Assembly: GCF_009914755.1 (NCBI RefSeq)
Contig: NC_060926.1
Origin: the human T2T-CHM13v2.0 reference genome, Homo sapiens
Length of the DNA stretch: 64,000 nucleotides
Reading direction: 5' to 3' (one strand)
Below are positions 26,920 through 40,700 of the stretch, in pieces. The translations under genes and the position numbers were made by a program. The notes under the pieces are model-generated. The model was not told the origin of the DNA. It did not search any database and worked only from the letters and a program-made list of their open reading frames with translations. Within the stretch, counting starts at the first letter, position 1. The number at the start of each line of letters is the position of its first letter.

Positions 26920-27900
26920 CTTCAGCCAAATTTCTTTAACCAGTTTCTGCCCCTTGATGTCTACATTTCTTCATTTCTCACTCACTCCAATATGTCTCAC
27001 TCGATCACTACGCTGAAATTCTCCCCACCAAGGTCATCCAGCTCTCCAGGTTGAAAGTCAATGGATATATTTCAGTCTTTATTATATTTAAACTTTCTAA
27101 AACACTCTTCACCAGAGTCACCCTGCCCTCCAGATTGTTAGAATTAATGGACATATTTCCATCTTTACTGTATTTGAACACTCTACAGCATTCAGAATCT
27201 CCTTCTAAAGACTCTCTCCTCTTGAATTTTGTGAGCTTATTATCTTGCTTTTTTTATACATATCTGGATATGCCTTCTTAGTCTTCTTTAATGTCTCCTC
27301 TCCCTGCCCTTATATATTTATGATTTTAGGGTTTTTCCCCTTACTTTCTGTCTCTATTTCTCTCTCTCTCTCCATAGCTCAGTCTAATCCTAGAAGATGT
27401 TACCCAGTCCCATAGTTTTAGATAAGTTTATGAAGGTGATTCTTATTCCACATTATTATCTCTAACCCAATGTCTTTTTTGAATTTCAAACATGTAAATC
27501 TCACTCAGTATGTATAGATTCATTTATTTCCCCTCACAAAATATTCAAACATGCTCCAAATTAAATATATCTTCTCCCTAAAACCTTTTCGTTCATCAGT
27601 ATTTCCAATTTTAAGAAATTGCACCTTAATTTTCTATTTCTTCAAATACTTACCATTTTCACTCATTCGTCCCCTTATCTTTCAATAGCCAGGCCTTAAT
27701 GATTTTGCCTCTTGGTGGGACAATGGCAACATAGTTGCTAATTTTTCTCCCTATATCTACTCTTACCCCCATTCTAATTCAATCTCTGCCCTGTAACCAG
27801 AAATTCAGATTGGATCCTATGAATTTGTCCTCAAAATTCATTAAGAACGTGTGAGTTCAAATTTTTAACATATAAAAACTAGACAACACTTGAAGTCTCC
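26920..27900 (+). mobile_element. L2 fragment
   Basis: Pyrimidine-rich sense L2 (ccaaggtcatcc, tcaatggatatatttcagtc, ttcaaacatgctccaaattaaa). Confidence 0.7.
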
Positions 27901-28399
27901 TGCCCCAATGAATCTGGAGATCATATCACAATTCTATACCCCCTAAGAATCCAAAAATTTTATGATTATTGAAAAGTCCCAATTTGGAGGATGTGTGTAT
28001 GCTGTCAGAGTCAAGTGAGCTCTAGGTTCTAGCTCTGGCAGGGACTGTCATCTTATTTACTTCAGGTCGCCAACATGTAAAGTTTAAGCCTTTAATTAAT
28101 TTCCACCAAGCATCCTATTTCCCCATTATAGGACATGAGATTGAGTGTAAGATGTATGTACACATGCATGTGTGTTTGAAAGAGAGGGAGCAAGAGCGAG
28201 ATGAAGATTTTCATGAATAAATCTGAGATGTGTGATGTGGATCAAGGTTTATATTGCAGCAATCAAACTGATGAAAATTGTATATTAGGCTTCTGAATTA
28301 CCAAAAGTTGTCTCTCAACTTTACACTTGAGGGTTCTCATGACCTTGCTCCCCTATAGTACCCAGCATTTTATCATTTGGTTGATTCTTTGTATCCGAT

Positions 28400-28730
28400 G
28401 CCACATTTTATCATGGCACTTGATTTCATGTGGTTACCTTTTCTGCCTTAGGACTGTCTCCAGCACCTTAGGAGACTGCCAAGCCTGTGTGCAGAAGCAG
28501 GCAAAAGCTTGGCTGAGGGAAGCTGTAAAAGTGACAGTCTGAGGCAGAGTCTTCCAGGTTTCTCAGAGGTCCCCAGCAGGATGGAACATAATTACCCATC
28601 ACAGCTACTAGGTCAACAACACTCCCTTTATTGGCTTTTCTTCCTTTTCTGTTCGTCCCTCCTGAGTCCCCCACTCTGCTTCCTGAGATCATCTCCCAGA
28701 AAAACTCCTGTGTCTAAGAGTATGTCAAAA
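28400..28730 (+). mobile_element. LTR16-family (ERVL) LTR remnant
   Basis: tcagaggtccccagcaggat...acactcccttttattggcttttcttcc...gcttcctgagatcatctcccagaaaaactc. Confidence 0.65.
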
Positions 28731-29026
28731 CCTCTGAGAGAAAAAAAAAAAGAGACCTATGCTTTTGGGAAATGCAAATTAAGACACTCTTTGTCCCTTA
28801 CTACTTCTCCACACCTTTCCTTCTCATCTCTTACCCTTGAGGCCAGACAGGAAAGAGAAAGAAGAAAAATTACCCAACTTTCTCCCTGTCTCAGGCAGAA
28901 CAGAACTGCAAACACTTCGGCCTTCAGTGACTCTATTTTCATACTAAGTGGTTAATCAAGGGTCTTCTCTGAACAAATATAGTGTTTCCTTTTTCTCCAG
29001 AAGACACTTTGGTACTGGTGAGGTAG

Positions 29027-29412
29027 TGTATCAGTCCATTCTGACTCTGCTCTAAATAACACCTTTTATGAAGAAAGGGGGTTTAGTTGACTCACATTTC
29101 TGCAGGTTTTACAGGAGGCATGGCTGTGAGGCCTCAGTATACTTAAAATCATGGTGGAAGGCAAAGGGGAAGCAAACATGTCTTCCCATGGCAGTAGGAG
29201 AGAAGGAGCTAAGGGGGAAGTGCTACATACTTTTAAACAATCAGATCTCGTGAGAACTCACTCAAAAGACAGTATTAGGGAGATGGTGCTACATCATTAG
29301 AAACCACCCCCAAGATCCCGTCACCTCCCACCAGCCCACCGCATCCAACCCAACACTTGGGATCACAATTCAACGTGAAATTTGGGTGGGGAAACAGAGC
29401 CAAACCATATCA
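29027..29412 (-). mobile_element. MSTA MaLR solo LTR
   Basis: tgtatcagtccatt...gccaaaccatatca; perfect 5-bp TSD ggtag at 29022-29026 and 29413-29417. Confidence 0.9.
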
Positions 29413-29569
29413 GGTAGTATATTATTCACCTCTTTACACGTTGTTGAAAAGAGAATAATATTCCCTTGCCTCCCTTTTTAGATTTGTAAAAAATGCCTCC
29501 TTCTTGTATTTTTATACTCTAGCCAGATGTGCTGCTTTAGTTCAGTTCCATTTCAGATTATGTGGCAGA

Positions 29570-29830
29570 TATGCCTGAGTCTCCTGGCTTGGCTAATTCT
29601 TACATATTCTTCAAATCTCAGCTTAAATTTTACTTCCCAAGAAGATTATTCCTTGATCTCCTTACTGTACACATTCATATTATATGACCTTTCATTACCC
29701 TCTCCATATTTTTTAATTATTTCTTTCATGCTGGAACATAAACTCCATGAGGAAAAGCTCATGTGTATTCCAGATCCCAGTGCCTGTTACTCAGCAGCCA
29801 TCCAGTTCAATGGTAATAGATTAATCAGTT
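29570..29830 (+). mobile_element. L2 3' region
   Basis: ggctaattcttacatattcttcaaatctcagcttaaat...taaactccatgagg. Confidence 0.6.
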
Positions 29831-30144
29831 TGAATTGAATTGAAAGAGAGACGGCTATTAATAGAATTAAGAACATGTTGGATAGTTAGAAAAGTCATCT
29901 TTACTTCATAGTTTCTGGTGAAATGGTTTTTTTCTTTTATTATACTTTAAGTTTTAGGATACATGTGCACAATGTGCAGGTTAGTTACATATGTATACAT
30001 GTGCCATGCTGGTGTGCTACACCAATTAACTCGTCATTTAGCATTAGGTATATCTCCTAATGCTATCCCTCCTCCCTCCCCCCCACCCCAGGACAGTCCC
30101 CAGAGTGTGATGTTCCCCTTCCTGTGTCCATGTGTTCTCATTCT

Positions 30145-33985
<3,841 letters not shown>

Positions 33986-34048
33986 TATGATGTTAGCTGG
34001 TTATTTTGCTCGTTAGTTGATGCAGTTTCTTCCTAGTCTTGATGGTCT

Positions 34049-35066
34049 TTACATTTTGGCATGATTTTGCAGCGGCTGGTACCGGTTGTTCCTTTCCATG
34101 TTTAGTGCTTCCTTCAGGAGCTCTTTTAGGGAAGGCCTGGTGGTGACAAAATCTCTGAGCATTTGCTTGTCCATAAAGTATTTTATTTCTCCTTCACTTA
34201 TGAAGCTTAGTTTAGCTGGATATGAAATTCTGGGTTGAAAATTCTTTTCTTTAAGAATGTTGAATATTGGCCCCCACTCTCCTCTGGCTTGTAGAGTTTC
34301 TGCCAAGAGATCCACTGTTTGTCTGATGGGCTTCCCTTTGTGGGTAACCCGACCTTTCTCTCTGACTGCCCTAAACATTTTTTCCTTCATTTCAACTTTG
34401 GTGAATCTGACAATTATGTGTCTTGGAGTTGCTCTTCTCGAGGAGTATCTTTGTGGCATTCTTTGTATTTCCTGAATCTGAACGTTGGCCTGCCTTGCTA
34501 GATTGGGGAAGGTCTCCTGGATAATATCCTGCAGAGTATTTTCCAACTTGGTTCCATTCTCCCTGTCACTTTCAGGTACACCAATCAGACGTAGATTTGG
34601 TCTTTTCACATAGTCTCATATTTCTTGGCGGCTTTGTTCGTTTCTTTTTATTCTTTTTTCTCTAAACTTCCCTTCTCGCTTCATTTCATTCATTTCATCT
34701 TCCATCACTGAAACCCTTTCTTCCAGTTGATTGCATCGGCTCCTGAGGCTTCTGCATTCTTCATGTAGTTCTCGAGCCTTGGCTTTCAGCTCCACCAGCT
34801 CCTTTAAGCACTTCTCTGTATTGGTTATGCTAGTTATACATTCTTCTAAATTTTTTTCAAAGTTTTTAACTTCTTTGCCTTTGGTTTGAATTTCCTCCTG
34901 TAGCTTGGAGTAGTTTGATCATCTGAAGCCTTCTTCTCTCAACTCGTCAAAGTCATTCTCCGTCCAGCTTTGTTCCATTGCTGGTGAGGAACTGCATTCC
35001 TTTGTAGGAGGAGAGGCGCTCTGCTTTTTAGAGTTTCCAGTTTTTCTGCTCTGTTTTTTTCCCCAT
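34049..35066 (-). pseudogene. L1 ORF1 (p40 RNA chaperone), disrupted
   Basis: ATG at 35066 is followed by an A7 run (consensus A6, +1 frameshift); TGG>TGA at 34616-34618; C-terminal 186 aa open (KRPNLRLIG...QNHAKM). Confidence 0.93.
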
Positions 35067-35069
35067 CTT

Positions 35070-36101
35070 TGTGGTTTTATCTACTTTTGGTCTTTGATGA
35101 TGGTGATGTACAGATGGGTTTTTGGTGTGGATGTCCTTTCTGTTTGTTAGTTTTCCTTCTAACAGACAGGACCCTCAGCCGCAGGTCTGTTGGAGTTTGC
35201 TAGAGGTCCACTCCAGACCCTGTTTGCCTGGCTATCAGCAGCAGTGTCTGCAGAACAGTGGATTTTCATGAACCGCGAATGCTGCTGTCTGATCGTTCCT
35301 CTGGAAGTTTTGTCTCAGAGGAGTACCCGGCCGTGTGAGGTGTCAGTCTGCCCCTACTGGGGGGTGCCTCCCAGTTAGGCTGCTCAGGGGTCAGGGGTCA
35401 GGGACCCACTTGAGGAGGCAGTCTGCCCATTCTCAGATCTCCAGCTGCGTGCTGGGAGAACCACTGCTCTCTTCAAAGCTGTCAGACAGGAACATTTAAG
35501 TCTGCAGAGGTTACTGCTGTCTTTTTGTTTGTCTGTGCCCTGCCCCCAGAGGTGGAGCCTACAGAGGCAGGCAGGCCTCCTTGAGCTGTGGTGGGCTCCA
35601 CCCAGTTCGAGCTTCCTGGCTGCATTGTTTACCTAAGCAAGCCTGGGCAATGGTGGGCGCCCCTTCCCCAGCCTCGCTGCCGCCTTGCAGTTTGATCTCA
35701 GACTGCTGTGCTTGCAATCAGTGGGACTCCGTGGGCGTAGGACCCTCTGAGCCACGTGCGGGATATAATCTCCTGGTGTGCCGTTTCCTAAGCCTGTCGG
35801 AAAAGCGCAGTATTCAGGTGGGAGTGACCCAATTTTCCAGGTGCTGTCTGTCACCTCTTTCCTTGATCAGGAAAGCGAACTCCCTGACCCCTTGCACTTC
35901 CCGAGTGAGGCAATGCCTCTCCCTGCTTCGGCTCATGCATGGTGCGCTGCACCACTGTCCTGCGCCCACTGTCTGGCACTCCCTAGTGAGATGAACCCGG
36001 TACCTCAGATGGAAATGCAGAAATCACCCGACTTCTGCGTCACTCACGCTGGGAGCTGTAGACTGGAGCTGTTTGTATTTGGCCATGTTGGCTCCTCCCC
36101 C
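35070..36101. promoter_or_regulatory. L1 5' UTR bidirectional (sense and antisense) internal promoter region
   Basis: GC/CpG-richer 5' UTR; YY1-like CAACATGGCC near the 5' end (36081-36090, minus). Activity is inferred from family knowledge only. Confidence 0.55.
35650..35994 (+). CDS. L1 antisense ORF0-like reading frame, 114 aa (expression unproven)
   Basis: ATG at 35650 is in frame with ORF 35581..35994. MVGAPSPASLPPCSLISDCCACNQWDSVGVGPSEP matches the primate L1 ORF0 N-terminus. Confidence 0.5.
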   Translation: MVGAPSPASLPPCSLISDCCACNQWDSVGVGPSEPRAGYNLLVCRFLSLSEKRSIQVGVTQFSRCCLSPLSLIRKANSLTPCTSRVRQCLSLLRLMHGALHHCPAPTVWHSLVR

Positions 36102-37170
36102 TTCTTCTGGTGAAATATTTTTTAAAGATTATATTCCAAAGAAAATTGTAAAACAAAAATGAATGGAGAAATGGTGATGTTTGTCAAAGAGAGAAAGTAA
36201 ACTGAATACTGTTAGCAGAAGCAGGGTAAAGGATTTTGTTAGTAGATTGCCAAATATCAACAATTCTCTCCTCCAAGTGAAGGTCTTATTTTTGAATGCA
36301 CAAAAGCCTGTTTCTCTTTCAGTTAGTAGCCTTTTCTCATCTCTCTTTTTGACCAACAGTTTCTTATAATTTGGACACTATGGGGCCTCAGAAACTATCA
36401 TTCCAAGTTATAAGACCCTTGTGATAGAGGTTTCCTAGGTGGTCAGACAGAAAAGAGAGAAAAGAAAGAGAATTTGTAGTATTTAAAGTCTGCAAATCTA
36501 ATTTAACTTCATAAGTAATTTTTCTATACTACCTGTAGCCTTCCTAGCTAGAGCAGTGCTTCATGAAAACTATGCCTTGGGCAAATTATTCTAGAGATTT
36601 GAACACTAGCAAATAGCTGAGATGAAAGAAAACTGAATAGAACATTTGTTTCCCTCTGGCTTATAATGAGTGGGTAGTCATCATAAATAATATTCATTTC
36701 CTTTAACCAAATATCTCTTTCATCGCACACATTAATTGCTACTGATATTTTGACTTTGCCACTAAATTCTAAGCATTAACATCACACAGTAGAAAACATT
36801 TCCATTTCAATTTTTCAAGGTTATTAGCTTCCTTGTTTCATTTATACACCTTGCATTCTTCAAAATAACATTTGACTTCTTGTTAATGATAAATTAAGTG
36901 TTGAAAAATGACCCAAATAAATCTAGAAATAGCAGGAAACTTTCTTCCTGGAAAGCAACTATAGAAGTATATCACTGGTGTGCCAGAATTGTAGGAAAGG
37001 AAGATATATGCAAGATATATTGCAAGAGAGGCAAGAATAAACTAAAGGGCTCCTCACTAGTGAATGGATACAAAAATGTCCATAACAATTTTTAAGAATT
37101 CTACCAGAAAGGGGATTAGACAAATGGAGCGGTAGCAGGAGGTAAAATGGGATCAAGAGAAGACTCATGC

Positions 37171-37459
37171 GGCCGGGCGCGGTGGCTCACGCTTGTAATT
37201 CCAGCACCTTGGGAGGCCGAGGCGGGCAAAGCAGGAGGTCAGGAGATCGAGACCATCCTGGTTAACAGGGTGAAACCCCGTCTCTACTAAAAATACAAAA
37301 AATTAGCCGGGCGTGGTGGCGGGCACCTGTAGTCCCAGCTGTTCGGGAGGCTGAGGCAGGAGAATGGCTTGAACCCAGGAGGCAGGGCTTGCAGTGAGCC
37401 GAGATGGCACCACTGCACTCCAAGCTGGGCGACGCAGCAAGACTAAAAAAAAAAAAAAA
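37171..37459 (+). mobile_element. AluY
   Basis: CpG-rich Y-type Alu; lacks terminal ccgtctc before the A-tail; 16-bp TSD aagagaag(a/g)ctca(t/c)gc at 37155-37170 and 37460-37475. Confidence 0.92.
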
Positions 37460-37658
37460 AAGAGAAGGCTCACGCTAACGATGACCCACTGGTAAAGGAT
37501 AAAATGTGATGCAAGAGAGAAAGGGAAATAGTGGGAAAAAAATGTTTTTGACGAGGGGAAAAAAGGATACAATCTACTGTATATGTGGAGAATCTGGACT
37601 TTGATAGGCTTGTGGGAAGTTCATTCATTGTACATGGGGGAAATCTGAGCATAGGGCT

Positions 37659-38062
37659 TGCTAAAAATCAACTTTAGCCTAAAGCTCCCTCCTTATGTAT
37701 TTTAAGTTGGGCCTAAGTGTTTCTCTGCACAGAGTGAACTATAATCTAAGTGGTAATGTATACCAACTGTAATCTACTCTTGTGCCAATCACCAAGTTTT
37801 GGCCGATCAAAGGGAGTCAACTGTTCAAACCATGTTCCCTTAAGGCAAGTGCCAAAGCTGTAACAAATCCGGCTGTTTCTTCTGTACCTCACTTCCATTT
37901 TGTGTAAGTCATTTTCCTTTTTCTGTCCATAAATCTTTTTCTACCACATGGCTGTGCTGGTCTCTCTGAGCCTAGTCTGTCTTGGGAGGCTGCCTGATTT
38001 ACAAATCCTTTGCTGAATTAGACTGTGTTAAATTTAATTTGGTTAAGGTTTTTCTTTTAACA
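37659..38062 (+). mobile_element. MER57 (MER57B-like) ERV1 solo LTR
   Basis: tttagcctaaagct..cctcctta..tattttaagtt..gcctaa, actcttgtgccaatcacc, ends tttttcttttaaca; 4-bp TSD ggct/ggtt. Confidence 0.85.
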
Positions 38063-39130
38063 GGTTTCAGGGACCAATAGAGTGGTAATTGTGGTGAGAA
38101 CTTATAGGGAGTCTTTTCTCATTTCAATTTTCGGTAAATAAAAAGAGAAAAAGCATTGGGTGTTTAAAAAAACGTGGTATGAGGTAATTGAGTATGACAG
38201 TGGGAAAGTGAAAAAAGGTGGAAAATATTAGAGAAAGTTAAAATAATGGGACGTGTGTGTGTGTATAAAGAAAAATAAAACTCAAACATTATAAAATTAA
38301 GTGAATAAAGTAAGGTGCAGAATGATTGCAGAGTATCACAGCACTTATGTAAATTTAAAATATTAATCCAAGTTTATATAAATACGTCTGCAAGGCACAC
38401 ACAAAAAGATGGACCACAAGAATACCAACCAAAATGTTAGTAGTGATTGACTGACTTAGAGAGCAGCAGAAGAGACCTTGCAGGTGGAGAGAAGGTGAAG
38501 ATGCAGGTAGGTGCCTAAGGGGATTTACCTCATGTAAAAAAATAACCATTTAACTGAAATGTTTTGTTTCTTTATAAAAGGCTTGCAGCAAAAGTGACAA
38601 AGATGAACATCTATTAATTAATAATGATGGCAGAGATTGAAGTATTGAGATATAATCTATAATACATATTTGCTATTTTTTTCAAAACCAAACGCATATA
38701 AATGGAAAGAAAAGTTAATGGAGATACAAGAAAATCCCCAAATTTTACACTGAATCCTCAATGTTAAAAATATGCAAGGAAAAAAATACGGATTTAGTTT
38801 TTAAAAATAATAGAAAACTCTTAATTTATAAAAGTCTTTTCATATATTTATGGTTTCTTCATAATAAAAACCTTTAGTACGTTCTAAGAGTCAAAATAGT
38901 ACAGATTACTTCTTCTTGGAAAAATGCCAATAAAATGTAAAAAGAACGACCCTGCTAGAAACAGCAATTTAAAAATCTAATCATTCAGAAAATTATAAAT
39001 ATTTCCCCCATAAAAACAAGGTGAAACATAACAAAATTTTGAGGGAAGGGGGAAAACAAATTGTGAATTATAAACTGTCTAAAATATCAACTTAATGGGT
39101 ACAACTCCAGGTTAAAATATTTGTAATAGA

Positions 39131-39296
39131 GCTATATTTGCATGTAAAAGCATTCTAATGGCCTTCTTATTTTCTTTTTAGATTTTTCTTATTTAAAAAG
39201 AATCTTTCAAATTTTTCCTATTTAAATCTTTAAGAATTTTTTTATTTGAAATGATAATAAGAAGGCCATTAGTATGCTTTTACCTACAAATATAGC
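39131..39296. repeat. Inverted repeat, 41-bp arms (38/41 complementary), 84-bp spacer
   Basis: gctatatttgcatgtaaaagcattctaatggccttcttatt (39131-39171) vs aataagaaggccattagtatgcttttacctacaaatatagc (39256-39296). Confidence 0.92.
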
Positions 39297-39439
39297 AAGA
39301 AGAAAGCAAGGAATGCAGCCAGAGAGAGAGGAAAAATAGAAAAAGAGAAAGGTGTAAGGAAACACTGGCCTTTTGTCTCAGCTCAGAAAACAAGAAACAA
39401 TGAAACAAGCTCAGGTATAAAGACAAATGTGTTATTATC

Positions 39440-39501
39440 TTTCCCAGCTAGGCTTAGTAATTCTTAGTCACCCTAGGAAATCCAGCTAGTCCTGTCTCTC
39501 A
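39440..39501 (-). mobile_element. Short 5'-terminal fragment of LTR17 (HERV-W LTR)
   Basis: The minus strand reads TGAGAGACAGGACTAGCTGGATTTCCTAGGGTGACTAAGAATTACTAAGCCTAGCTGGGAA, matching the recalled start of HERV-W U3. Confidence 0.85.
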
Positions 39502-39674
39502 ATTATCAATAACAATTACACCTTGATGAATTAGAAACATAGATAGACAGGCTCTGTAAGTTATATACATTACAAGTTTCAGCATGTCAATATGTTAATA
39601 AAAATTGATACATCTTGACTGAAGTTAATTAAAAATAAAATACCTAAATCATGAATATCAGAAATAGACTTAAA

Positions 39675-39790
39675 TTATATTGAAATGTGTGCTCCATGAC
39701 TGTGAGAATTTTTATTTCACTTGCTATTATATATCCAGACCTCAGATCAGTCTTGGGAGATAATAGGCCTCAATATATCTTTGTTGGATT
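39675..39790 (+). mobile_element. L2 3' end
   Basis: gctccatgactgtgaga...ataataggcctcaatatatctttgttgg. Confidence 0.55.
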
Positions 39791-40700
39791 ATTGTAGATT
39801 AGATTTTTAAATATGACAGAAAACTAATATCAATTATTTACTAAAAAAAATCTAGAGGTAAAGTGTAACATATTAGGGATATATAAGTTCTCAAAGGATA
39901 TAAAAGCATAAAAAACTATAAAGGGAAAATTATTTTAAAATCATTGACTCAATAAAAAGAATTGGACTGAGAAGATTTTAGGGTCTCTTTTTTCATAAAC
40001 TTTCAGGAAACACAAACTTTCCTTCCTTTATATATGGCTACAGAGTTTTGAAAACAATGGAAGGATTTCCAAGTTATGTTGCAAAAGTAACATAATCTTG
40101 ATACCAAACTCTGAAAAATAATGCATAAACCTGTGAGAGTAGATATCAGTCTTAATGTTGTAAATAAATGCAGTTCTTCCAAATTAATCCTAGGTTTTTA
40201 TTTGTAAAAGAGGAATTGAAATAAAAACAATACTTGAAAAATGGACAACTCCTTAATACCTCTCTTGAGAAAATGTGTTGAACATCTTAAAGCTATTATA
40301 ATCTTTTATGTAAAATTGATTGGCAAGTAAAGGAAAGGTAGCCATTGTGTCTTTCTGCCTTTCTGTGTCTGTCTCTCCTTTCTCATCTCTGTCTGCCTCT
40401 CTTTCTGTGTGTGTCTGTTTGTGTGAGATAAGTGGTGGTAGTCTGCACCAAGGACTTAAGCCTGCATCTGTGTTTCTTTTAGTCTCTATTTGAAAGAGCA
40501 GCCTATATAACGAAGGATATGAAGCCTTGTTAGTCCTCTGCTCATTGACATTGAATAAAGACGTCCCATCAACAACAGCCACCATATTACCTACTGACTG
40601 TCCGCAGCATTGACATATTGCTGGAGTCTTGTGGACAAGCAATATCTCACTGCCTTAGGATCTTAAAGAGCCTCCTAAGCCAACTTAGAGGGTTGATGGT

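Larger units (their letters stand above)
38260..40250 (+). mobile_element. Highly degraded L1M fragments
   Basis: A-rich L1-like segments such as accaaaatgttagtagtgatt and cataatcttgataccaaactctgaaaaa (ITLIPK-like). Confidence 0.5.

Noticed and set aside
28509-28955. 148-aa ORF
   Set aside because: Non-ATG start, overlaps an LTR16-like remnant and an A-run, with no recognisable homology.
36081-36090. L1 YY1 site variant (CAACATGGC vs CAAGATGGC) as loss of YY1 binding
   Set aside because: The change is at a degenerate position of the AANATGGC motif, so loss cannot be inferred.
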